Positions 49,771-62,599 of a stretch of DNA of 64,000 nt are shown in pieces (the stretch's first letter is position 1; each line of letters opens with the position of its first letter). The stretch covers positions 52,066,228-52,130,227 of the forward strand of contig NC_057733.1 of the NCBI RefSeq assembly GCF_004010195.1. The letters are read 5' to 3'. Made by a program: the position numbers and the translations under genes. The notes beneath the pieces were generated by a model, which was given only the letters and a program-made list of their open reading frames with translations, was not told where the DNA came from and searched no databases. Origin of the DNA: Chiloscyllium plagiosum (Eukaryota).

Positions 49771-50150
49771 TTTTTTTTAATAGATATTTTTATTAGAAAT
49801 TTAACATTTTTACAAGTTTACAAAAATAAACAAAACCCTCAAGTACAAACATTGATATACAATTAAATCTTAAATATATAATAGCCAAAATTTAACAAAA
49901 GAAAAATACCGAGGAAAAAAACAAAACTCAATCTAACTACTAATCTAACCTACAACTAACCAGAGTGTATATTTAAGTCTCTTACATTATTCAAATAAGA
50001 GAAAGAGGAAAAAAAAAACAACTGATAACCCAGAAATTGGGTAGTGAGATACATACTCGGAATGTGTTAACATCAAATGTAAAAAAAACCCGTATTCGTG
50101 CGGGATTCCTCTCTTAAGGGGCCCTGGACCAGCCAGGTTCGTAATCTCAA

Positions 50151-52341
50151 TTAAATAAAAGCCCTTGTTAGGATAGCCAAAATATCTGTATTCATATAAT
50201 TCAAGAAGGGCTGCCATATTTTATAAAATAATTCGGTCTTTTGGTGCACCATATTTGTAAGGAAGTCAAGGGGAATACATTCCATAATTAATCTGTGCCA
50301 ATTTGAAAGTCCAGGGGGGCCCTCAGTCACCCAGTTTACCAAAATATTTTTCCTTGCACAGAAAGAGAGAATAGAAAATAGTCTTTTCCCGTGCATGTCA
50401 AGGGAGGGAAAGTTCGAAAAGCCCAAAAGGAGAGATACAGGGTCCACTTTAATTTCAGTTCCTAAAATTTCTGTCAGGGTACTTGCTACTTTAGTCCAGT
50501 ATCTACGGATCTTATGACAGGTCCATAGGCAATGTACAAGAGTGCCCACCTCTATTTTACATTTGGGACACATTGGAGATGCTCCTGCCTTAAATTTTGC
50601 CAATCGAGCCGGTGCTATATGGGCCCTACGAAGTATCTTTAGCTGGATAGCCTGAGTTCTGTTCAGTTGGTGATTCTTCTGGCGTTTTCCCAAATGTCAT
50701 TCCACATTTCTATAGAGATTTCTAGTCCCAATTCCTGATCCCATGTTTTAAGCAGATTGTCCATATCTCCCGATACTTCATCATGTAGTAAATGATAAAT
50801 AGTACTGATGGAGGATACCCCCATTGGTCGTAGTACTCTACATTCTCTATCTGATTTATAAAGACTATCTAATAACGTGGTCTTGTTCTGTATATAGTCT
50901 CGAATTTGGAAGTATCGATAGAGGTCTCCATTAGGTAATCCGAATTTCTGACGCAGCTGTTCAAAAGACATCAGGGCCCCATCTTTAAATAGGTCCCCTA
51001 GACATGAGATACCCCTGGATCTCCAGAGTTTAAAAGTGGTGTCTGTAAACCCCGGTTGGAATCCCCATGCTCCCACTATCTGCGCATAGGGGGATGTTTT
51101 ATGTGAGTTGCCCTCATTTTGCCACATTATATTCCAAGCTTTAATGGTGTTTATTATTATAGGGTTTTTACAGTGATCCGTAATGATTTTCCTCTAGTCT
51201 CGATACTAACGTTTTAGAAAGGATTTTAAAATCTACATTTAGCAAGGATATTGGTCTGTATGACGTACAATCTTCTGGGACCTTTGCTTTTATAAGGATA
51301 AGAGAGATATTTGCCTCTTTCAGCGAAGGCGGGAGACAGCCCTGACTGTATGCGGAGTTATACATGTCCATAAGTGGACCAGCCAATATTCCTGTAAATT
51401 CTTTATAGAATTCAGCTTGAAAACCATCTGGGCCAGGTGCCTTACTGCTCTGAAGTTGCCTGATTGCGTCAAGTATTTCTTGGACTATTAGGGGAGCATT
51501 TAGGACCGATACCTGTTCCGGAGTTAGGCCCGGAAAGGTCAAATTTTTCAAAAATGATTGCATCCTCCTAGTCCTGTCTTCACAATCCTGCAATTTATAT
51601 AAATTAGAATAAAATTTTTTAAAGATTGCGTTAATCTTTTTATGATCATGAGTCAAAGTACCCCTGCTTTCCTTGATAGACGTGATAGTTTGAGGGGCCT
51701 TTTTTTTCTTTGCAAGAAATGCTAAGTATCTACCCGGTTTATCGCCAAATTCATATAGCCTTTGTTTTGCAAATAATATTTCCCTCTTAGCCGTTTGGGT
51801 AAGCGTAGTGTTTAGAGCTGTCCTAAGGGCCGTAATCCTTTGCAATGTAATAATAGAAGGTCTATCAGCGTATGCTGTTTCAGCTGCTTTTAAGCGAGCT
51901 TCGAGCAGATGCTGCTGTTCTCCCTTTAATTTTTTCTGGGTCGCTGAGTAGGCGATGATCAAACCTCACGCGTAAGCTTTGATGGTCTCCGACATCATTG
52001 ATGGGTTGCCCGGGGGGGGGGCAGTACAAATTTAAAATCCCATATTCCTCTCCATTTATAAGGGCTTTAATCAGATTTGTCTGATTTAGGATTTTGAAAG
52101 GGAAATTCTTCCGAACAAGAATAACAACTCCCCTACTTTTTGAGCTAAAAGAAGAAAAAAAGGCCTGATCAAATCCACCCTGTCGTAATTTCAAGTGTTC
52201 TTTATCCAACAAGTGTGTCTCCTGTAGGAGAGCTATATCAACTCTTTCTTTCTTGAGGTTTGATAATATTTTCTTCCTTTTGACTGGCAAATTACTCCCC
52301 TTGACATTCCACGTGCACCACTTAACTGACTGATCAACCAT
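50151..52341 (-). pseudogene. L1 ORF2p remnant lacking the RT catalytic core
   Basis: TWNVKG...LLQETHL (endonuclease); KAPGPDGFQAEFYK and YRPISLLNVDFKILSK; then a jump near 51190 to the C-terminal region with CPKC...HCLWTC. Confidence 0.85.
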
Positions 52342-53112
52342 AATCATCTGGGCAAATCCGAGATCCCTCGGGAGGGGAAACCTTATGCAGAACATCCCGA
52401 GCGTAGAGCATATAAAATTTACAAAAATAAAGGCTCTCTAATACACTAACAACAGTATAATAAAAAAACTACTTCTAAATAATAAAAAAAAATAAAACTT
52501 ATTTAAATGGAGATTTTCCCCCTTGTTCCCAGGGGGTATCACTTCCTTTCCAAAGGTCCATCGTATCCTCTCCCAACCAATGCCCTACCCTTGACCCAAG
52601 CGCTCCTCAATAGGATGAGGAGAATTCAGATATAATACAAAACTAAAATTAACAGTGAACACCCTACCCCCACCCACACCAACACCTGGATATATTTGGT
52701 AATGTTAATACCATGTATAAACATATATAACTATAAAATTACAGCCTCAACAAATAATAATTAAATATAATAATACAAAATAACAAGGGAAAACAACCCC
52801 GCTCCTAGAGACAGGTAAAATAGAATAAGGTAACCACCTCCCCCCACCAACATTAACTAAACCCCCTGACTTATACACACATGCACATACATACATATTT
52901 ATATTTATACATACCCACATACATACATAGAAGAACAATTAAAAAAAACAACCCCAAGGGGGGGAGAAAATCGTTAAATAGAGAACAAATAAATAAATCC
53001 CTTTCCCCACCCCCCACGATAATATTAAACAGTAAGGTAAGAAAAAGGGGGGGGGGGGGGATATAAACTGGAGTGGGGGAAAGGCAAACCAACATCCATT
53101 ATTTCTTACAAT

Positions 53113-53969
53113 TTATTTAAGAGAGTCGAAAAATTCCTTAGCCTTTTCTGACGATCCAAAGTTATACACGGATCCTTCATGGTTAAAGCGTAGTGTCGCT
53201 GGGTAGTGTAAGGAGTACTGAATGTTTAAGTCCCTTAAACACTTCTTCGCCTCATCGAATGCCTTCCTCTTTCGGACCAGAGCTGGGGAAAAGTCCTGGA
53301 ATAACAGGATCTTGGATCCTTTATAGATCGTGGCTTGGGAATCTTTTCCAAGATTTCTAGAGGCTTCCAGGAGTAACTGCCTCTCCCTATAGCTCTGCAG
53401 CCGAAACAGGACCGGGCGTGGGCGCTGGTTCGAGCCGGGCCCGCGTATTGCGATCTGGTAGGCCCATTCTACCCTTACCTGGCCTGATCCAGCTTCCAGA
53501 TCTAAAAGCTGTGGCAGCCACTGCTCGAGAACCGCTGTAAGCTGGCCTTCCTCTTCCTGTTCCGGAAGCCCCAGCAAACGAATATTTTTTCGATGACCTC
53601 GATTATCGAGGTTGTCAATGTGATTCTCTAAGGTTCGGACTCGCTGTTCGAGAGTCCAGACCTGATCCACGGCCAATTGCGCTGTAGTTTCGGAGGTCGC
53701 GGCCTTTAGCTCCGCCCCTCCGACTCGGCGCTCGATTTCTTTAATGTCTCAATCGTGCTTTTGCAGCGCGGCCGAGAGTGAGTCCCATCAACTTCGGGAT
53801 TCTTCAATGAAAGCATCGATCTTCGCATCCAGTTTGGAGATGATTTCCACAAGACTTTTCACTGTAGGTAAGTCCCTCGAAGCGGCTGCGGACGCCTCTG
53901 CTGCAGCTGGAGAGGGTGGGGAGGGGTTCCTGCTTGCTGAGAGCTGCGGGCTCCCTTCCCTTTAGTCAT
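53113..53969 (-). pseudogene. L1 ORF1p (coiled coil, RRM, CTD), frameshifted at the 5' end
   Basis: ATG at 53969 (MTKGKGARSSQQ); LENHIDNLDNRGHRKNIRLLGLPE, RPRPVLFRL, ILLFQDFS, YSLHYPATLRF. Confidence 0.85.
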
Positions 53970-54167
53970 TTTTACTAAAGATTAGATTGTTTAAATTTAA
54001 TACTGAGCAACTAATTAAATTAAACAGCTATTTTAAATGATTTGGTGAGTGTGGTGGGGGTGGGTGGCCCACTTTGCCCAAGTCTTGGGAGGAGCACTAT
54101 AGACTCAGACTTGCTGGGTTGCCGCCATCTTGGATCCCCCTGGATTACCTTCAAAGAGGAGATGAGG

Positions 54168-54711
54168 CCGCCTACTTGCGAAACGTTTCAGAGAACACCT
54201 CTGGGACACCCGGACCAAACAACCCAAACACCCCGTGGCTCAACACTTCAACTCCCCTTTCCACTCCACCAAGGACATGCAGGTCCTTGGTCGACTCCAT
54301 CGCCAGGCCATAGCAACACGACGGCTGGAGGAAGAGCGCCTCATCTTCCGCCTAGGAACCCTCCAACCACAAGGGCTGAACTCAGATTTCTCCAGTTTCC
54401 TCATTTCCCCTTCCCCCCCACCTTGTCTCAGTCCCAACCCTCGAACTCAGCACCGCCTTCCTAACCTGCAATCTTCTTCCTGACCTCTCTGTCCCCACCC
54501 CCACTCTGGCCTATCACCCTCACCTTGACCTCCTTCCACCTATCGCATTTCCAATGCCCCTCCCCCAAGTCCCTCCTCCCTACCTTTTATCTTAGCCTGC
54601 TGGACACACTTTCCTCATTCCTGAAGAAGGGCTCATGCCCGAAACGTCGATACTCCTGCTTCTTGGACGCTGCCTGACCTGCTGCGCTTTTCCAGCAACA
54701 CATTTTCAGCT
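54168..54711 (+). mobile_element. Penelope-like element 3' fragment (GIY-YIG endonuclease C-terminus, 3' UTR, hammerhead)
   Basis: RFREHL...VAQHFNSPFHS...RRLEEERLIFRLGTLQPQGLN; pyrimidine-rich UTR; hammerhead core at 54621-54648; family A terminus. Confidence 0.88.
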
Positions 54712-56400
54712 GGGTATAGTCAAGGTACATTTCTGCAATAGGAAAGGTAGGATAAACGAATCCAGAGCGCTCTGAATGACAACGGAGGTAGAAATTAGGA
54801 CAAAGGAGGAAAAGTCAGCTGACGTCAGGGAGAAAATAAAATTGAGAATCTAAATGGTTGCTGAAGGTTCAGAGGGGAGGTGAATAGGCAAGAGGACCAA
54901 AGAGGAATGATTTGAAAAGACTGGCAGCAGACATAAAAGGATGTCCAAATGTTTTCTATAGATATCCAAATAGATATACAAAAGTTGGTAAAAGGAGATG
55001 GGTTGATTCAGGAGAAATGAAGGGATTGGCCCCAAAACATTAAATGAAAACTTTGTGTCTGATTTTAACAAGAGGGATGATATTCAGGCCATAGTGATGA
55101 GGGTACTGTAGCTAGAAGAATTCAAAACTTAAGGAAGAAGTCTTGAATAGACTGTCGGCGCTGGGATCATGAGATGCATCCAAGTATTTTGAAGGAAGTG
55201 TGTGTAGAAATTGCAGGGACATTGGCCATACCCTTTCAGTCTTCCATAGAAGAGGTGCTATATATCCTTTCAGTCTTCCATAGAAGACTAGAAAATTGCA
55301 AGTATTACAGCCTTGTTCAAGAAAGGTTGAAAGGATAAGCTGAACAATTAACTTAATGTCTCAAGTGGGAAAGCTTCTTGAGCCAGTTATTTGGGCGAGA
55401 GTTAGTGATTGCATGGAAAAGGTGGCTGGTGTTTTTTTAAGAGGTAACAGGCTCGATGAAGGTGATAGTGTTGATGTGTATGTGGACTTCCAGAAGACAT
55501 TTGATATCATGCCATACAATAGACTTGAGGAAAGTTATAGGTCATAGACTAAAAGGGTCAGGAGAGATATGGATACAAGATTGGCTGAGTGATATGAAGC
55601 TGTAATTGTGGATATGTTTGGGGCTGGGTGAAGGTTTGTAGTGAACTAAAACAAAGGTTGGTATTGAGACACTTGTTTTTTCTGGCATTTATTCAGTGAT
55701 CTAGATCTTTGTGTGCAGGGGGTAATTTCAAAGTTTGCAGATGACATAAAACTTGGAAGAATTGTAAACTGAGGAGCACTGTGTAGAACTCCAAAAGCCA
55801 TGGACAATTTGGGTGAATGGGCAGATATGTGGTAGATATGATTCAATGCAGAGAAATGAGAGATGATGCATTCTGGTATGAAGGGCAGTATGAAATAGGG
55901 GTACATTTCTAAAGGGATGCAGGATCAGAGGGCCCTGGATGTTTATTTACACATTACTGAAGATGGCAAGACAGGTAGCAAGGGCAGTTAGTAAAGTTTA
56001 TAGTGTCCTCAACTTTGTATTAATAGAGGAATGGAATATGAGAGTAAGAAGGTGATGTTGAACTAATATAAGAAACTTAATAGACTTCATTTGGAGTGTT
56101 GTATACAGTTGTGGGTGTTACATTACAAGAAGGAAATGAACACATTGGAGAGAATGCCAAAGTGGTTTACAGGAATGGTCCCAGGAATGAGAAAAATCAG
56201 TTATGAGGAAAGATTAGAAAAGTTGGAACTGTTCCCCTTGGAGAGAAGGTCGTTAACATTTTCAAAATCATGACCTGGCTGAGTTGGATAAATAGGGAGA
56301 AGCTGTTCATGCTTGTGAAAGGAATGAGAGGGCATGGATTTAGAGTAATTTGCAAAAGAAGCAGTCAAGAGGACATTAGATAATTATTTGGATGAAAAGC
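54712..56400 (+). mobile_element. Old CR1 (continuation of the element interrupted at 49770 / 54150)
   Basis: VDVYVDFQKTFD, SKFADDIKLG, ISYEERLEKLELF; 22-bp local duplication at 55232-55253 / 55266-55287. Confidence 0.85.
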
Positions 56401-57057
56401 ATGTATAAGAATCACAAAACACTTTGGTTCAGTAAGTAGCTAGGCAAATAATTTTAGCTTCAAACTCTTTGCAATAAAGCTATCAATTTATGCCTTTACT
56501 TGTTAAAGTCTAATCCCCTTTTAAAATTCCTATGCGCGCACACATATGCAAACTAAAAAAGAAAAGAAATGGATTTGAGTTGAGGAAATACTGGACTTCA
56601 CAGCTCACTCACATCACTCCACAGGGTTCCTTTTGCTTACCAGGACTTTGGATTTTCAATCCCTTCTCTCCAGGTTTTTGTGGCAGGCACAGTGTATACC
56701 ACAAAGTCTTTTTAAAGGCAACTAGTGTGAGAAAAGACAAGTTTTTTTTCCTGCATTTTTCTTGGTGCTGAAAGAGAAACCCCACCTGACCATAAACATG
56801 TTGAACCACCGTGTGTGCCCCCCCCCCCCCCTTAAAAGAGAGCAGGAAGAGTGAAGGCCATCCTTTGTAAAATATCCAACCAGGATTCAGAAGATCTTTC
56901 CTTTGTGAGATGAGAACAGGTGTTGAATGAGAATCTCCGACCTGTATTGTACACCAGTACCAGACTGCTGATTTTATCAAAAACCAAATAAAACATGGAA
57001 TTAAAGTAAACACCATGCTCCTTCAAGATATTTCCACCTTTTTTGTTTGGAATTCTC

Positions 57058-57063
57058 TTTATT
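57058..57063 (-). terminator. Candidate ADAP2 polyadenylation signal
   Basis: AATAAA on the minus strand, ~890 nt after the stop codon. Confidence 0.4.
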
Positions 57064-57946
57064 ACATTCATAAAGAACAAAGAGTAACCAGAATGAATAA
57101 TCAAATTATTCTGTTTTAAAAATGTTTCACATTTTACAGAGATGGAGCCCTACAGACTGTGGGTCCCCAATTTCATTTCAAATAGCAGTATGGCCCCTAG
57201 TCTGTCTGTGGGGAACCACAATTATTGTGGAAAGCTCCTGAAGGAATCATTTTACTAATGTACAATGTAGCCCATTTTTCATCAGAAGCAAACACTGCAC
57301 ATGGAAACTCCTGACTGTAGTGTTTTATAATTCCAGAATGTATCTATTCAGAGGCTGCACACTAAGATCCCCACCCAATAAAACAGAAGGTGGTGAAGAA
57401 TTGTTCATTTCCCAGTTTCCTCCTCTATGGATTCTGGCACATGGGTTTATGATGCAGCAAATATCCGTATTGTCCAAAACCGGGAGTGTCAGCAGACTCT
57501 GAAATAATGGCATTGGGGTTTCACTTCTGGTTTTCTTGTACTCCAAATTTTTTGGTACAGAAGAATGCCTCCCAGAAATCTTGCTGATTCTGTTCCTGAT
57601 CTGCAGGATGTACAGCTATAGTTACAACACTTCATGAACTGTTGGTACTTGAGTAACTGAATTGTAATGGGTGCTTTCAGTAGGACCAGATGTTGGCAGA
57701 GTGCCCGATGGACAAGTTGGAACACTGATACAGGAGTAATAGCTTTCCTTGGGCTTGAGTATCTGTGTTCAAAGCCCAGAATGTAACAGACATTGTGTGT
57801 TAACCAGCGTTCATGTTTGTTCAATGTCTGTTCAGAGCAAATGGGGATTATCCAAATGAAGAGTGCCTCCCCCTTACTATTTGCAGACTATCTTCTGAAT
57901 GGAATGCCCTGTTCGGAGTCTGGCCACCACTTTTTTTGAGTTATCA

Positions 57947-57978
57947 TCACCTCTGCTTCCGTCTTAAAGAGGCCTCAA
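57947..57978 (-). CDS. ADAP2: ADAP2 last coding exon
   Basis: TTTTTCAG acceptor, (V)EASLRRKQR, then TGA TGA TAA; phase matches the previous exon. Confidence 0.8.
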
Positions 57979-58614
57979 CTGAAAAATAAAAGTGTTAGTT
58001 GGTCAAACAGAACACAAGAACCAGCTTGGGTTATTTACTCCTTTACTACATCTTATTTTGATGATGCTGTGTTTTCACCCTACTGTGTTCTTGTTTTCAA
58101 AAGTCAGAATAGCTGAGGATTTTCTGAGCCAGGAATATGTCTGAATTGGACAATCATGAAGACTTGGTGAGAATGTGGGATGCCCTCTGGTCCATGGGAA
58201 GTGGGGTTCTAGGTTCAGGTTTGCTCCCATTTCTGTGCTGAGGCGATTGTCTCAGATGCGCCAGTTAGAGGCATTAGAGTCTGCACCCCAAACCACAGAA
58301 TTGAACAACATACCGGGCAGAGGGCTGGTCTGGCATACTGTCCACCGGACAAGGCAAACGTATCATACAGACACGATGACCCGAGTGGTGAATAGCTCCT
58401 GATGCTATCTGGCTGCAATTATTGCTGAAAAACAGCAACATGGAATCATATACCAATTTCACGCAGAACTAGCCCTGTCAGCCTATTGGCTGTGTGATAC
58501 TGTGGTCCTATCAGTGTAACACCCAACTCCCTCAAGTATCTGGGCTGTGTTGGATTAGCACGAGGAACACAAAAAGGCATGTTAAAATCAGAAGTTTAAA
58601 ATTGTGGTTCTTAC

Positions 58615-58843
58615 CTGTGTAATCTTGGGAGCACATTGGCTTGAATATCACTTCTTTGAAAGCTACAATCCATTCCTTGAGATCCTGAGCATCTTTGCAG
58701 GTAAATACAAACTTCCGCTCTGGCGTCTCAATCGTTATCCCCAAGTTCCATTTATTGCCTTTCACACCGGGTGGGAGGCCCTCCAGAATATTATACCCAT
58801 ACTGTGAATGCCCAATGAACACCTCGCCTTGTGCATAGGCATC
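58615..58843 (-). CDS. ADAP2: ADAP2 exon (second PH domain, C-terminal part)
   Basis: DAYAQGEVFIGHSQYGY...GITIETPERKFVFTCKDAQDLKEWI; 229 nt; donor GTAAGA. Confidence 0.92.
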
Positions 58844-59149
58844 CTGAAAGAAAGAACTTTGTGAAAAGCGCTGTTAAGCTCAATGTCCCAAAGGTTTTTG
58901 CCATCAGTAAAACTGAAGTGACTGCGGGAAACCCAATTTGTGCCCAGCCTGGCTCCTCCCACACAGCAATGTGACCATGACCACATCATTTGTTGATAGT
59001 GAGTTCTGACAGAAGGATCTTTGATCAAAAATGTGAATTCCATATCATTCTTCATGCAAATTCCCAGATTTGCTGAGGATTTATTTCCAGCATTTCTGTG
59101 ATTATTTCAGATTTCTGGTGTCTGTTGTGTTTTTTCATGTCTATTACTA

Positions 59150-59470
59150 CTTGTGGTAGGTTCACGGATAAATTGATTGAATCAGGATACAGGGAAAGGC
59201 TCACTGTTCTTCTTTGACGTCGTGTCATGGGTTCTTGTATGACTCCTTGCAGGGACAGTCGGGGCTTCTGTTTAACATCTCCTCTGAAAGACAGCATCTC
59301 CAACAGTAAAGCACTCCCTCAGTACTGCCCTGGAGTGGAGCTTAAACCCACAACTTCCATCTTGGTCAAGACAGCATGCCAGCCTTCGGCAAGTCCAATA
59401 TGACAAGGAGGAAGATGGGGCAATAGCTAATCCCGATGATCCCACAGTGAAAACACATGACACTGAGCCT
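59150..59470 (-). mobile_element. Deu-domain SINE (AmnSINE1/SacSINE1-like)
   Basis: Minus strand CAGTACTGAGGGAGTGCTTTACTGTTGGAGATGCTGTCTTTCAGAGGAGATGTTAAAC matches the recalled Deu domain. Confidence 0.7.
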
Positions 59471-60401
59471 CACCAACCAATAGGGATTTCGATTTCAAAT
59501 TACTCCTGTGGGAAACTGATGCTATCAGATTATCTGTCAATTGATAACAAACACAGAGCAGCTGTTCAGATTGTGTTAGGGATAATGTGTTATCACTGAA
59601 TTAATCTGCCAGAGACCCTGGCAAATGATCTAGGGACACTGATTCCAATTTCACCACAGCAGCACTTGGAATTGGAATTCAATGAATTAATCCGGAATTG
59701 AAAAAAAAAAGTCTTGATATGTGAGTTTTTTGAACTGTATTCCTCAAAAGATGGTGGCAACAGAATCCTTGACTGTTTTTACAGTAAAAGTGGATAAAAA
59801 GTTATCAGGGAAGAAGCTAAAGATGTGGAGTAATCAGATTGCAGTAGTTATAATGCCAGATGGTGTTAATGTGGGACAATTAAGGAGCCCTGGCTGACAG
59901 ACATAAACAGGAGTGTCAGGGCTTCTGTTCACTGAGCTGACTCTGAAGGAGCTGGACCAGTGTCAAAGACTTTGCACGTGTAGATAAAGGGTGACTTTGT
60001 GTTGGGATACTCTGTGGAGTTATTTCACACATCAGTCTTGACCTCTTTGAATGGTATAGCAGGCACAAGGGGTAGAGTAGCCCACTGCCCCTGTTATACT
60101 TTTAATGTTAATTTTCATGTGTTTACATTAATTTATATTAACAGCAAGATATTTAAAGATCCCATTGAGCCAATTCCTTAAAATAGCCTATGATTCATTT
60201 AGCATCTCAGTAACTCTTCTCACCTCATCTGAGGAACAATCATGTCAAAGGTTGAGAGGAATCGTGTTCTTGTTGCCATTGTATGAATCTTAGATCAATC
60301 TGACACCAACAGTGGTGTACTTCATTGAGTGATGTATCAGCCCTTGGGTGTTTTGCTGTCCCTGGCATGCTTCGACAACTACTGCCTTTCTGAGCACTTA
60401 C

Positions 60402-60479
60402 CAGCGGTTCCTTAAAGTACAGCAGTTTACGATCCTGAATATCCAGTGTGAACCATCTTCTCTTAAAAGGTTCCTTTTG
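60402..60479 (-). CDS. ADAP2: ADAP2 exon
   Basis: QKEPFKRRWFTLDIQDRKLLYFKEPL; the QKEPF motif and 78-nt length favour ADAP2 over ADAP1. Confidence 0.92.
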
Positions 60480-60619
60480 CTGAAGGAAAGGGCCATACTT
60501 CAGTTTATTTCTATGGTATATGATGAAATTTCTGTCTTTTTGACACTTGAATGCTTTACATGTATATTTAGTTTTCTTAACATTTTAATATATATCAGAC
60601 GAAATAAGGTTCAATTTAC

Positions 60620-61340
60620 ATAGAATTACATTATAGAAGTGAGTCTTTCAACACTTGACCCATGCTGATGTTTCTAGTCCACAAGCCTCCTTCACCTTAC
60701 TTGATCTGACCACAGCTCTGCATCATTCTTTTCCTTTTCCCCCTCAGATAGTTATTGAGTTTTCCCTTGAATGCATTTCCCTTATTTTTTTGTTCCACGT
60801 TCCTTAAGATGATTTTGCTAAATTTCTTTAGTAACTGTCTGCTTGGTTTGGTCACCAACAAATAGAAACATCTTCCCTATCAAACCTTGGAGATAAGATC
60901 TTCAGCCTGTTCATCCTTTACCAAAATTTTAAAATGTTCTAGCTATGATTAATGTCCTTGCATTTGCCTCTATGTACTACTTAAAATATGGAGTTAGAAT
61001 TCTATTCTGAATGTGATGTAACCAAGATTTATATAAGTTTACTCCATCCCCTTGCCACACTCCATCTTCAGAATAAATACCAACCTTTCCTCAGCTACAG
61101 TCAGTTCTGAAGGAGGGTCATTGGACCTGAAACCTTAACTCTGCTTTCTCTCCACAGGTGCTGCCAGACCTGCTGAGCTTTTCCAGCAATTTCTGTTTTT
61201 GTTTCTGATTTCCAGCATCTGCAGTAATTTGTTTTTTTGTTTAATACAACTTCTCTGCTTTTCAATTCCATCCTTCTCAAAATGAATCTCAGTGCTTTAT
61301 TTGTTTTATATATAGCTTTAGTGTTCTGCATTAGTCCTTT
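60620..61340 (-). mobile_element. Old CR1 remnant with a nested MER6-like/Penelope-derived tail (~61095-61230, plus strand)
   Basis: KTNKALRFILRRMELKSREVVL; the insert CTGAAGG-A-GGGTC-ATTG-GACCT-GAAAC is a degenerate hammerhead. Confidence 0.6.
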
Positions 61341-61799
61341 CATAAATTCCTACCTCCAAGATAGAGAGGGATTCCTGATCAGAGCTAGTATGGTAAGGTG
61401 ATCCTCCAAATTCTCCTCGTATCCTGAGTGCGCTAGCCAGAGAGAATGCTCTGGAACATCTGACATAAAAGCAATGACACTGCTGACCAGAGCACTTGAA
61501 TGTTTGCTATTCTGTGTCTACTGTTCTGGGAATCTCCCTTGACGGCGATATAGTTAATTGATGATTCTAGTTTTATTGCAAGAGTTGTTGACTATATCCA
61601 AATTTCTGGATCATATTTTTAAAAAGTATTAAAAATTAATTTCAAATTCCTGAGAAAGCCTTCCTGGAAAGACTACTTAAACACCAACTAATCTCACCCT
61701 TCTGTACGCAATTAGATTTTGTAGTCTTAAAGCAGAGAAGAATACATTGTATAGTGTGAGATATAAAGTTCCTCAAATTTTGAGAGTGTCATGTATTTT

Positions 61800-62110
61800 A
61801 TTAGATTACTTACAGTGTGGAAACAGGCCCTTTGGCCCAACAAGTCCACACTGACCCGCCAAAGCGCAACCCACCCAGACCCATTCCCCTATGCTTACCC
61901 CTTCACATAACACTGTGGGCAATTTAACATGGCAAATTCACCTAACCTGCACATTTTTGGATTGTGGGAGGACACCGGAGCACCCGAAGGAAACCCATGC
62001 AGACATGAGGAGAATGTGCAAACTCCACACAGTCGCCTGAGGCGGGAATTGAACCCTGGTCTCTGGCACTGTGAGGCAGCCGTGCTAACCACTGTGCCAC
62101 CGTGTCGCCC
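61800..62110 (-). mobile_element. HE1/V-SINE, full length, young
   Basis: High identity to 15545-15850. Confidence 0.9.
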
Positions 62111-62216
62111 CATTTTAGAAAAGCAGGAGGCTGGAAGAACACAGCAATTCCATGAAAGATTTACCATTTCTACAATAAGCGCATCATATTTATTCTGTAA
62201 TGCACAATGTACATAC

Positions 62217-62279
62217 CGTGGGGCCAGTTTTCTCCATATATCCCTCCTTTAAATAATTTCTCGTTAATTTTGGTATGAG
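62217..62279 (-). CDS. ADAP2: ADAP2 exon
   Basis: LIPKLTRNYLKEGYMEKTGPT; 63 nt; donor GTATGT. Confidence 0.92.
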
Positions 62280-62599
62280 CTGAGAAAATAACAATATAAA
62301 AATCCATCAGTTCAGTAGACACACTATACAGACACATGAAACAGTGGTCCAGTCGTGGTCCTTTCTCACAGCTACCATTAGCTCATTTTAATTCTTCCAT
62401 CTAGGGAGATCTGAATCCTGTTGCTGAACTGACTTCCCTGTTCCCAGAGGTATCCTCATGCTACCTCATGCTATCATTTTAAAAAGTGTATTCTAAGAAT
62501 TCAACTATTCTCGTTAGTTCTGGGGTAATTTCCCCCTCAATCAAACATTTTCTAAACCATTTGTAAAGCAGCCTCCAGACTCTATAATGTGAAGTATGT

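Larger units (their letters stand above)
49771..54140 (-). mobile_element. L1-clade LINE with complete ends and internally deleted ORF2
   Basis: 5' end GGGGGATCCAAGATGGCGGC (YY1 motif); ORF1; long inter-ORF spacer; APE endonuclease; CCHC-type C-terminus; AATAAA plus A-tail; TSD TGGATTAC at 49763-49770 and 54141-54148. Confidence 0.92.

Noticed and set aside
57941-57949. Triple stop TGA TGA TAA as a readthrough or selenocysteine signal
   Set aside because: No SECIS recognised and the third codon is TAA; most simply tandem stops.
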